DNA of 64,000 nucleotides, from assembly GCA_965224185.1 (NCBI GenBank), contig OZ245042.1:4804620-4868619 (forward strand), written 5' to 3'. Below the pieces are notes generated by a model. It was given only the letters and a program-made list of their open reading frames with translations, was not told the origin of the DNA and did no database searches. Of this stretch, positions 28,101 through 35,107 are shown one piece after another (the first letter of the stretch is position 1; every line of letters begins with the position of its first letter). The DNA is from Rhodobiaceae bacterium (GTDB lineage: Bacteria > Pseudomonadota > Alphaproteobacteria > Rhizobiales > G965224185). Made by a program: the position numbers and the translations under genes.

Positions 28101-28979
28101 TCCAAGGAGGAAATCGAACGCGCCGAAATCGCCTCCGAGCGCGGGCTCGACGAAGCCCGTATCGGCCGCGAGACCGATCGCCGCCGGCTCGAGGTCGATC
28201 GCGAACGGGCCGTGGAAACCGCCGAGATGGAAAAGGCCATCCAATTGTTCCAGAAATCGCTTGAACAATCGGCGGCCCAGGCGGAAGCCGATCTGGCCCG
28301 GGCCAAGGCGGCCGAAGCCGAGGAGCAGGTCAAGACGGTGCGCGATTCAGAAGCCGCCAAGCGCCGCAAGACGGTCGAGGTAATGCTCGCGGAGAAAGAG
28401 GCGGAAGAGAAGAAAATCGCCGCCGAAGCCGAAAAGATCCGCATGGCCGTCGAGGCGGAAGCCAACCGGCTGCTCAACGAAGCCGAGAACGTACTCTCCG
28501 ACGAAGCGCGCTATTCGCTGTTCCGCCAGAAGTTGCTCGACCGGGTGGAAGGCATCGTGGCGGCCTCCGTCAAGCCGATGGAGAAGATCGACGAGATCAA
28601 AATCATGCAGCTCGACGGCCTCAATGGCGGCGGCGGTGGAGGCGAGCGCAAGAACGCCACCGACGAGGTCATCGATTCAGCGCTTCGCTACCGGGTGCAG
28701 GCGCCGATGGTCGACAGCCTGATGTCGGATCTCGGCATAGACGGCGGCAACCTGTCGAAAATGACCGGCCTGGTGCGCGAAGCCCGTGACATCCAGTCGA
28801 TCGCCCGGGGGGTGGAGAGCCAGTCCAAGTCCGGCGGCGGTTCGGGTGGCTCTGAAGGCGGAGGCTCATCCGGCGGCGAAACGCCCAAGGAGGATCCGGA
28901 AGGGGGCGGCGGAGCAGCTGCCGCCAAGCCGGCGCCCAGGCGCACGAGCCGCAGCCGCTCGTCGCGGTCGAAGAAATAG
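25185..28979 (+). CDS. Flotillin/SPFH (band 7, YqiK/FloT-like) protein with greatly expanded repeat region
   Basis: An N-terminal TM helix is followed by an SPFH domain (VSFVRTGLRGEKVVINGGAFVWPIIHDITPVNMNVLQMEV...). About 700 aa of EIER/EIAAREA/RIAQEK/RIASEE hendecad repeats come next. The C-terminus is a flotillin-type tail (IDEIKIMQLDG), then Gly/Ser-rich, then basic. An RBS, GGGAGGAAG, precedes the start. Confidence 0.8.
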   Translation: MSAGQLIGSLILWLIIAVIVIAIIYWVMNWLYRRSTKEVSFVRTGLRGEKVVINGGAFVWPIIHDITPVNMNVLQMEVIRDREDALITKDRMRVDVEAEFYVRVAPTKEAVAVAAATLGRRTMEQERLHALLSGKFISALRSTAAEMTIEEMHEQRGDYVSRVKEAVGEALAQNGLELESVAITDIDQTDLEFFNPSNRFDAEGLTKLIEDIEAKRKLRNDIEQDSMIKIRARNLEAEKEALDIERESETARLEQERDVETRRAAQRAVLARERAERETEAERAQILAREEIEKSRIGNEHAISEARIASEREIRQIEIERQQTIEAAEIASREQIDKQRIEQERSVAETRILSEQETQAKEIERRRALEEAEIAAREATEQARIAQQQDTQQREIERTRLIEQSEISAREETERARIAQDRNLTDARIEHEEETRRREILRNQTIEQSEIAAREAVDKLRIAQEAIVNAERIASDKKIRNLEIERQKVLEEAEIAAQQATEAARIAREKTLSAERIASEQETRGLEIERNRVLDEAGFVARESTEAARIAQEVRVRALEINRNRTVDEAEITAREAVETARIAQEQKVTAERIAYERSTRELEIARNEAVDAAEIAAREAIDAARIAQEKKIAVERIASDEETQSREIERTRAVDEAQIAAREATEAARIAQEKKIAADRIASEEATRKREIARSQAVDAAEISSAEATEKARIEQRARVDADRIANEETVRLAELASRQATEVARIGQEQEVRAREIEREETVQSTEIASRRLVEQVRIEKEMETSTDRIARDEEVRNLEIARNRANDEAEIAAREAVEAARISQQKVLDAERIAAEQATRGLEIAREEAIDAADIKRRDKVERQRISMELSLEKDRIESAKTREVMDIGRKRAVEEADEDRIIELAAKKSERADADAKVKQAGIAAQRDVESSDIAREQALDTARLERRRALEQLEIARQQALREAEIASKEEIERAEIASERGLDEARIGRETDRRRLEVDRERAVETAEMEKAIQLFQKSLEQSAAQAEADLARAKAAEAEEQVKTVRDSEAAKRRKTVEVMLAEKEAEEKKIAAEAEKIRMAVEAEANRLLNEAENVLSDEARYSLFRQKLLDRVEGIVAASVKPMEKIDEIKIMQLDGLNGGGGGGERKNATDEVIDSALRYRVQAPMVDSLMSDLGIDGGNLSKMTGLVREARDIQSIARGVESQSKSGGGSGGSEGGGSSGGETPKEDPEGGGGAAAAKPAPRRTSRSRSSRSKK
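26136..28230 (+). repeat. In-frame coding tandem repeat, 132-bp (44-aa) units built from 11-aa sub-repeats
   Basis: About 17 consecutive units, each beginning EI(E/A)R. Unit lengths are 44, 33 or 22 aa, always multiples of 11. The copies are diverged at the DNA level. Confidence 0.8.
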
Positions 28980-28991
28980 GAGAGCCGATTA

Positions 28992-29429
28992 ATGGCACGG
29001 GTCTTTACCTCCAGCGTTATCGGCGCGCCTGCCGCAAAAGTCTGGGAGCGGGTGCGCGACTTCAACGGCCTCCCGTCCTGGCATCCCGGTATCCGGGAAA
29101 GCCAGATCGAGGGCGGCGGACCGGCCGATCAAGTCGGCTGCGTTCGAGACTTCTATCTGCAGAATGGCGACCGAATTCGCGAACAGCTTCTGGGCCTGTC
29201 GGACTACGACATGTTCTGTACCTATTCGATCCTGGAAAGCCCGATGCCGCTCACCAATTACGTCGCCACCTTGCGGCTGACGCCGGTGACGGACGGTGAC
29301 CGGACTTTCGCCGAATGGTCGGCGGAATTTGACTGTGCGCCCGAGGCGGAAGTCGATCTGGTCAATGGCATTGGCGGCAACGTTTTCCAGACCGGTTTCG
29401 ACGCCCTGAAACGGCATTTCGGACGGTAG
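28992..29429 (+). CDS. SRPBCC-superfamily (polyketide cyclase/Bet v1-like) protein
   Basis: 145 aa containing VWERVRDFNGLPSWHPG and a C-terminal FQTGFDALKRHF. It is a paralogue of the next ORF. Confidence 0.65.
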   Translation: MARVFTSSVIGAPAAKVWERVRDFNGLPSWHPGIRESQIEGGGPADQVGCVRDFYLQNGDRIREQLLGLSDYDMFCTYSILESPMPLTNYVATLRLTPVTDGDRTFAEWSAEFDCAPEAEVDLVNGIGGNVFQTGFDALKRHFGR

Positions 29430-29438
29430 GACAGTCGG

Positions 29439-29882
29439 ATGCCGAAAGTAGTCAGAAGCACGATCCTGGATGTGCCGGTTGAGCAGGCATGGGACGTCTT
29501 GCGCGACTTCAACGGTTTCGACCGCTGGCATCCGACGATCACCGAAAGCGCGATGGAGCGCGGCGCGCCGGCCGATCGTATCGGCGCCGTCCGGAAAGTG
29601 CGGCTCGCGGATGGCGCGGAACTGCGCGAACAGCTTCTGACCCTTTCCGACCTGGAAATGACCTTCAGCTACTGCCTGCTCGACACGCCGATCGCGCTTT
29701 TCAACTACGTGGCGCATGTGCGGTTGATCCCGGTCACCGATGTGAACGGCACCTTCTGGCATTGGGAGGGGCAATACACGGCGCGACCGGGCGAGGAGAC
29801 CGCCATGCACGATCTCATCGCTGACGGCATCTTCCAAACCGGCTTCGACGCCATTCGCGACTATATGGGGCTAGCCGCATGA
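29439..29882 (+). CDS. SRPBCC-superfamily protein, tandem paralogue
   Basis: 147 aa containing AWDVLRDFNGFDRWHPT and FQTGFDAIRDYM. It is roughly 40-45% identical by eye to the preceding ORF. Confidence 0.65.
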   Translation: MPKVVRSTILDVPVEQAWDVLRDFNGFDRWHPTITESAMERGAPADRIGAVRKVRLADGAELREQLLTLSDLEMTFSYCLLDTPIALFNYVAHVRLIPVTDVNGTFWHWEGQYTARPGEETAMHDLIADGIFQTGFDAIRDYMGLAA

Positions 29883-29920
29883 AGTGCTTTGTATTCGAAT
29901 GCACCAGAGAACACTCCGCA

Positions 29921-30004
29921 GTCATTCCCGCGAAAGCGGGAATCCAGGGCGCCAATCAATGGCCGTGCCATGTGGCCCTGGATTCCCGCTTTCGCGGGAA
30001 TGAC
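29921..30004. repeat. Perfect 30-bp inverted repeat of GTCAT-hairpin-ATCCAG modules (24-bp spacer)
   Basis: The arm gtcattcccgcgaaagcgggaatccagggc at 29921-29950 is exactly reverse-complemented at 29975-30004. Each arm is itself a hairpin. Confidence 0.85.
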
Positions 30005-30116
30005 TGGAGACTGGCTGATCTTTTTCTTCAGATAAAAGCCGTTTTGGCGCTGCGGGTCGCCGCCATATCCGGCGCAATTCAGCTCGTGACTCCTACCTCA
30101 ATCAGGACCAACTGAC

Positions 30117-30941
30117 ATGGAACTGACGATCAAGACATTCGACCAGGCGAGCGCGGCCGCGGCGGCGTTGTCGTCGGAACAGTCAGCGCGGATCATGGGC
30201 GGCGGCACGCTGATGATGCGCGGCATCAATCATCGTTCGCAAAGCGCCTCGACGATCATCCGCGTCACCGACATGGCGTTGCGGCAGATCAAGCCGTCAG
30301 GCGGGCGCATCGAGATTGGTGCCGCGGCGACGATGGCCGATATCCTGGCCAATCGCGAACTGGACTTTCTCCATTCGGCAGCACGCTCTGTCGGCGGCCC
30401 TGCCGTGCGTAACATGGCGACCGTCGCAGGCAACTTGTTCGCCCGTTCGCCCTTCGGCGACCTTGCGACGGCTCTGCTGGCGCTCGACGCGACCGTCGTC
30501 ACGGCCGGTGGCCACGGCGGCGGCGCGGACATGCCGTTGCAGGATTTTCTGAGCCAACGCGACCGGCGCGGTGCCGGCCTGATTACCGGGATCGTCATCG
30601 ATCGTCCAATGTCGGCCAGTGCCTTTCGCTTCGCCAAGGTGAGCCGGGTGAAACCGAAGGGGGCGGCGGTCATCACGATTGCCGCCTATCTGCCGAATTC
30701 CGGCGGCCGTATCCAGGGCGCCCGCATCGCGTATGGGGCCATGGCGCCGACGCCGATCCGGGTAACGGCCGTCGAGCGGGCATTGGAGGGCCAAACCCTG
30801 GACCCGGCCGGCATTCAGGCGGCCGTTAACGCGGCCACGGAAGGCTGCATGCCAGCCACGGACGAAATCGCATCCGAATGGTATCGCAAGGAAGTCGCGC
30901 CGGTTTATCTGCGCCGGTTGCTGCTCGGCGAATTGGGCTGA
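30117..30941 (+). CDS. Xanthine dehydrogenase-family hydroxylase, FAD-binding (medium, CoxM-like) subunit
   Basis: 274 aa with IMGGGTLMM and VGGPAVRNMATVAGNL motifs, and the CO dehydrogenase flavoprotein C-terminal domain. Confidence 0.8.
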   Translation: MELTIKTFDQASAAAAALSSEQSARIMGGGTLMMRGINHRSQSASTIIRVTDMALRQIKPSGGRIEIGAAATMADILANRELDFLHSAARSVGGPAVRNMATVAGNLFARSPFGDLATALLALDATVVTAGGHGGGADMPLQDFLSQRDRRGAGLITGIVIDRPMSASAFRFAKVSRVKPKGAAVITIAAYLPNSGGRIQGARIAYGAMAPTPIRVTAVERALEGQTLDPAGIQAAVNAATEGCMPATDEIASEWYRKEVAPVYLRRLLLGELG

Positions 30942-30955
30942 GCGGGAGGACAACA

Positions 30956-31438
30956 ATGAGCAAGAAACCGGTTCAATTCCGCCATAACGGTGCCGACAAA
31001 GCGGTGTTCGTCGAAGACGGCCAGAACCTTCTCGACGTTCTGCGCAACGCGGTCGGCGATACGACGCCGAAATATGGTTGCGGGCAGGGGACCTGCGGCG
31101 CTTGCACAATTTTGGTCGACGGCGCGCCGCATCTGTCATGCCTGATGCTCGGCGAGGCGGCCGAGGGGCGGTCGATCGAGACTGCGGCGAGCCTCGCTCA
31201 CGGGGGTGAACTGCACGCCCTGCAGAGCGCCTTCATGGAGCATTTCGCCGCCCAATGCGGATTCTGCACGACGGGCATGCTGGTCGCCGCCAAGGCGCTG
31301 CTCGATGCCAATCCATCGCCGACCCGCGACGACGTGGTCGATGCAATCTCCGGCAATATCTGCCGCTGTACCGGCTACGAGCCGATCGTCAATGCCATTC
31401 TCGACGCCGCCTCGCGACGCGGCCTGCGAACAGCGTAA
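30956..31438 (+). CDS. Xanthine dehydrogenase-family hydroxylase, (2Fe-2S)-binding small (CoxS-like) subunit
   Basis: The ATG at 30956 follows GGGAGGA. Cluster motifs are GCGQGTCGACT and CGFCTTGM...CRCTGY. Confidence 0.85.
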   Translation: MSKKPVQFRHNGADKAVFVEDGQNLLDVLRNAVGDTTPKYGCGQGTCGACTILVDGAPHLSCLMLGEAAEGRSIETAASLAHGGELHALQSAFMEHFAAQCGFCTTGMLVAAKALLDANPSPTRDDVVDAISGNICRCTGYEPIVNAILDAASRRGLRTA

Positions 31439-31454
31439 GGAAAAGGGAAAGCCG

Positions 31455-33185
31455 ATGTTGGACTTCCGCAAGGACCTGTTCGCCGACGAGCGTGACGACA
31501 ATTTGAACGAAATTGGCCAACCGACACAGCGTCAGGATGCGCTCGGCCATGTCACCGGCCGGTCGCCCTATTTCGACGACCATCTGTTTGACGGCATGCT
31601 GCATTTGAAAGTGGTGCGCAGTCCGCATCACCATGCGCGTATCCGGTCGATCGATACATCCGCTGCCGAACGGGCGCCAGGGGTGCACCGGATCCTGCGC
31701 GGCGCCGACGTGCCGATCAATCTCAACACCCTTCTAAGTCTTTTGAATTTCGGCCTCGACGACGAGCCGTCGCTGGCCGTCGATAAGGTGCGCTACAAGG
31801 GGGAGCCGGTCGTGGCCGTGGTCGCCGAAAGCGAGGCGGCGGCCTATGACGCGGTGAAGCTGGTGCGGGTCGACTATGAGGAACTGCCGGCGATCTTCGA
31901 TGTCGAAGAGGCGATTAAGCCCGGCGCCGTGACGGTCAACGACGTCTATCCCACCAATAAATTCATCTACCACGAAAAATACGATCATCAGAAGATCCGC
32001 TTCGGCGATGTGGAAGCAGGCTTCGCCCAGGCCGATCATGTGCATGAGGCGCGGTATTCCATGTCGCCGATCGAACATGCGCCGGTTGAGCCGAACGGCG
32101 CCATCGCGGTGCCGGAAACCAATGATCGCGTGCGCGTCCATACGGCGACGCAGGGCCTGTTCTTCTCGCTTGGCACGGCGGCGAAGATCCTCGATATGCC
32201 GTCCAACAAGCTGCATTTCATTGGCGGCACGGTCGGCGGCGGCTTCGGCGGCAAGGTGGATTCACTGTGCGAGCCGCTGGCGATCCTTGCTTGCAAGCTC
32301 ACTGGCAGGCCGGTGCGCTATTGCCTGAACCGCGCCGAGGAAATGCAGGACGGCCCGCCGCGCGGCGCTGAGATCATGTATATCAAGGACGGGGTGATGA
32401 ATGACGGGCGGCTGGTTGCCCGCAAGATCACCAATTACTTCGATGCCGGCGCCTATACGCGGCTGTCCAGCTACGCGGTTGTCAAATGCGCCGGGCATCT
32501 GCCGGGGCCCTATACGATCCCCAATGTCTCCTCCAACACCTATTGCGTCTATACCAACCGCACCCCGTCGACCGCCATGCGCGGTTTCGGCATCACGGCC
32601 ATCGACTATGCCATCGAAGTGCATATGGACAAGATGGCCCATCTGATCGGCATGGATCCGATGGAATTTCGTATCCTCAATGCCTATCGCGACGGCGACA
32701 TGAAGGCGCATCGCCGGGAAGCGAAGAACTGCGCGCTCATCGAATGCGTGCAGGTGGTGGCGGATAAGGTCAGCTGGCCGATCCGGCCGGAATTCAAGCA
32801 GATGTCGTCGATGCGCGACGGCGGTGGTGAGCGCGCGGCAATCCCACACACGGTGACCGATACGGAGGGTGCGGTCGACGGCGTGCCGACACCGCAGCCT
32901 GTTGCGGCCACACCGCAATATACGCCGCCGCCCACGCCAGCGCCGGCGCAACCGCAATACACACCACCGCCCCCGCCGCCAGCGGCGGCTCCGCAGCAGC
33001 AATATACGCCGCCGCCGCCACAAGCGGCGCCGTCGCAGCAGCAATATGCGCCTCAACCACCCCCGCCACCGCCAAGTGCCCCGGCGGCACCGGCTGAGCC
33101 GCCCGCGCGGGAGCGGTCAACGCGGCCTGGCTTCGCCCGCCACGGCGCCAACCGTTTCTCATCCGTCACCGGCAGGAGGCGCTGA
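31455..33185 (+). CDS. Molybdopterin-binding large subunit, N-terminal part (a/b hammerhead + first MoCo domain) with Pro/Gln-rich repeat tail
   Basis: The start MLDFRKDLF follows GGAAAAGGGAAAG. ALGHVTGRSPYFDD and TAMRGFGI motifs are present. The last ~120 aa are low-complexity, with four QY(T/A)PPPP-type repeats. Confidence 0.75.
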   Translation: MLDFRKDLFADERDDNLNEIGQPTQRQDALGHVTGRSPYFDDHLFDGMLHLKVVRSPHHHARIRSIDTSAAERAPGVHRILRGADVPINLNTLLSLLNFGLDDEPSLAVDKVRYKGEPVVAVVAESEAAAYDAVKLVRVDYEELPAIFDVEEAIKPGAVTVNDVYPTNKFIYHEKYDHQKIRFGDVEAGFAQADHVHEARYSMSPIEHAPVEPNGAIAVPETNDRVRVHTATQGLFFSLGTAAKILDMPSNKLHFIGGTVGGGFGGKVDSLCEPLAILACKLTGRPVRYCLNRAEEMQDGPPRGAEIMYIKDGVMNDGRLVARKITNYFDAGAYTRLSSYAVVKCAGHLPGPYTIPNVSSNTYCVYTNRTPSTAMRGFGITAIDYAIEVHMDKMAHLIGMDPMEFRILNAYRDGDMKAHRREAKNCALIECVQVVADKVSWPIRPEFKQMSSMRDGGGERAAIPHTVTDTEGAVDGVPTPQPVAATPQYTPPPTPAPAQPQYTPPPPPPAAAPQQQYTPPPPQAAPSQQQYAPQPPPPPPSAPAAPAEPPARERSTRPGFARHGANRFSSVTGRRR

Positions 33186-33187
33186 TC

Positions 33188-34216
33188 ATGGCTAAACATC
33201 ATGGACGCGGCATGGCGGCCATCAATTATCCGATCGGCATGAATCTTGGCGGCGACCCGAGCCAGGCGCTGGTTCATTCCAATCCGGACGGCAAATTCAT
33301 GGTCGCCCTGTCGTCGATCGATCTCGGCCAGGGCATGAAGTCGGTAACCCGCCAGATCGCCGCCGAGACTTTGGGCGTGCCGGTCGACGACGTCTACGTG
33401 GATACCGCCGACAGCGATACCGGCCCCCATTGCATGGGCAGTTTCGCGTCCCGGGGCACCCACCGGGTCGGTAACGCAGTGATCGCCGCGGCCCGTGAGG
33501 CGCGGGCGATCATGATGGAGGCTGCCGCGGAAGAGTTGGAGGTGAATGCGGACGATCTCGACACCGACGGCCAAGGCAATATCCACGTCAAAGGCGCGCC
33601 GCACCGGTCCATCACCACGGCGGAAGTCGCCGCCGCCGCTCAGTTTCAACAGGGCAAGACCATTTCCGGGCGCGGTATTTTTCTGATCCCGCTGTCCGAC
33701 GTCAATCCCGAAACGGGCGAGATGACCCCGGTTAGCTGTTTCGCCCATGCCTGCATGGTGGTCGACCTGGAGGTGGATGACGAAACCGGCGAAGTGGAAG
33801 TCAAGGAGCTCAACAGTGCCTACGAAGTGGGCCGGGCGCTCAATCCGAAGCTCGTCGAACAGCAATTGGTCGGCGGTGCCTGGATGGGGATTTCCCACGC
33901 GCTCTATGAGACCACGGAGCCTTATTATCCGAACCGGGATCACGGGCCGACGGACTTCGTCTCTTATCTGATGCCAGGGCCCGGCGATCTGGCGCCCTAC
34001 AACATTTCAATCCTGGAGCGCCCGGCACCGGATGGGCCGTTCGGCGGCAAGGGTCCCGGTGAAATGTGCGCCAATCCGGTGCTGCCGGCTGTCGCCAATG
34101 CCATTTTCAACGCGGTCGGCGTGCGCATTGACGATCTGCCGATGACACCAGAGAAGATCTTAAGGGCGATCAAGGCCCAGGGCGGCGCGCGGCCGGCCGG
34201 GCAGGGCAGTCACTAG
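33188..34216 (+). CDS. Molybdopterin-binding large subunit, C-terminal part (second MoCo domain)
   Basis: The ATG lies 2 nt after the upstream stop and is preceded by AGGAGG. IDLGQGMKSVTRQIAAETLGVP...DTADSDTGP and GKGPGEM motifs are present. Confidence 0.8.
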   Translation: MAKHHGRGMAAINYPIGMNLGGDPSQALVHSNPDGKFMVALSSIDLGQGMKSVTRQIAAETLGVPVDDVYVDTADSDTGPHCMGSFASRGTHRVGNAVIAAAREARAIMMEAAAEELEVNADDLDTDGQGNIHVKGAPHRSITTAEVAAAAQFQQGKTISGRGIFLIPLSDVNPETGEMTPVSCFAHACMVVDLEVDDETGEVEVKELNSAYEVGRALNPKLVEQQLVGGAWMGISHALYETTEPYYPNRDHGPTDFVSYLMPGPGDLAPYNISILERPAPDGPFGGKGPGEMCANPVLPAVANAIFNAVGVRIDDLPMTPEKILRAIKAQGGARPAGQGSH

Positions 34217-34225
34217 GGTCTAGTC

Positions 34226-35107
34226 ATGGCGGTACGCAGCCAAATTGTCGGCATTGACAGCCCGGAAACCCTGGCCGACGCCCTGCGCGGGGCCTTTTAT
34301 CTCGCGGACGACGGCCTGGCGACGGCGGCCTATCTGGCACTCGCGCTTGGTAAGCCATTGCTGCTAGAGGGGGCACCGGGGGTCGGTAAGACGGAAGCCG
34401 CCAAGGCGATTTCGGCGGTGCTGGCACGGACCATGATCCGCCTGCAATGCTATGAGGGGATCGACGCCGCCCACGCACTCTATGAGTGGAATTATCCGCG
34501 CCAGATGCTTGCCCTCCGCCAGGCCGGCGACGAACCGATCGATATTTATCGCGACGAGTTCCTGATCGAGCGTCCCATGCTCGCCGCATTACGCTCACCG
34601 CAACGGGTGACGCTGCTGATCGACGAGATCGACCGCTCCGACCATGAATTCGAGGCCTTCCTCTTGGAATTCCTGTCTGATTTCCAGATCTCGATTCCCG
34701 AACGCGGCACTGTCCGCGCCGCGGAACGGCCAGTGGTCATATTGACCTCCAACCGCACCCGCGAACTGCATGAAGCCCTGCGACGGCGCTGTGTCTATCA
34801 CTGGATCGCCTATCCGGAGCCCGACCGGGAAGCGCAGATTATCATGATGCGGGCGAGCAGTGTTGCCGAGGCGACCGCCAGGGCAGTAGTTGCCGCGGTC
34901 GGTCAATTGCGCGCTGAACCGCTGACCAAGCCGCCCGGCATTGCCGAGGCGATCGACTGGGCGGAAGCCGCGACGTTGCTGCATCAGGGTGGCGCCGACT
35001 GGCCGGTCGCCTTCAAGCGGGCGATCGGCGTGGCGCTGAAAGACGAGGAAGATCTGCATTTCGTTCAGGATCGTTTGGACGCGATAATCTCCGGGGCCGC
35101 TGCATGA
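34226..35107 (+). CDS. MoxR-class AAA+ ATPase (CoxD-like)
   Basis: Walker A is GAPGVGKTE and Walker B is LLIDEIDR. The RLQCYEGIDAAHALYEWNY motif is typical of CoxD/MoxR-like proteins. Confidence 0.8.
   Translation: MAVRSQIVGIDSPETLADALRGAFYLADDGLATAAYLALALGKPLLLEGAPGVGKTEAAKAISAVLARTMIRLQCYEGIDAAHALYEWNYPRQMLALRQAGDEPIDIYRDEFLIERPMLAALRSPQRVTLLIDEIDRSDHEFEAFLLEFLSDFQISIPERGTVRAAERPVVILTSNRTRELHEALRRRCVYHWIAYPEPDREAQIIMMRASSVAEATARAVVAAVGQLRAEPLTKPPGIAEAIDWAEAATLLHQGGADWPVAFKRAIGVALKDEEDLHFVQDRLDAIISGAAA

Noticed and set aside
26136-28230. A possible CRISPR-like or other non-coding periodic array, given the regular 132-bp periodicity.
   Set aside because: The repeats are in-frame and diverged. 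They have no constant-repeat/variable-spacer structure and sit inside one continuous ORF. No cas genes are in the window.
26476-28477. Very long alternative-frame and antisense ORFs across the flotillin repeat region (for example 26476-28383 + 635 aa and 26969-28477 - 502 aa), plus several of 200-260 aa.
   Set aside because: They lie entirely within the periodic GAA/GCC/CGC-rich repeat coding sequence. Their translations are low-complexity Arg/Pro/Ser/Ala strings with no motifs. Stop-free shadow frames are expected in high-GC repetitive coding DNA. The flotillin frame alone has recognisable domains at both ends.
28992-29882. The two SRPBCC ORFs as CoxG-type accessory subunits of the hydroxylase.
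   Set aside because: The fold family is shared, but the sequences look like generic polyketide-cyclase/Bet v1-type SRPBCC proteins rather than CoxG. They are also separated from the cluster by the 84-bp palindromic element. The functional link is left open, not asserted.
31206-31454. N-terminal extensions suggested by the ORF track. These are 31206 for the Mo subunit, 30878 for the FeS subunit, 36763 for the MBL hydrolase, 3344 for DUF1501, 7174 for the MDR enzyme, 17900 for AraC, 19098 for LivH, 21244 for LivG and 53223 for BKACE.
   Set aside because: In each case the extension overlaps the preceding gene or lacks an RBS. An internal ATG preceded by a good Shine-Dalgarno coincides with the start of family homology.
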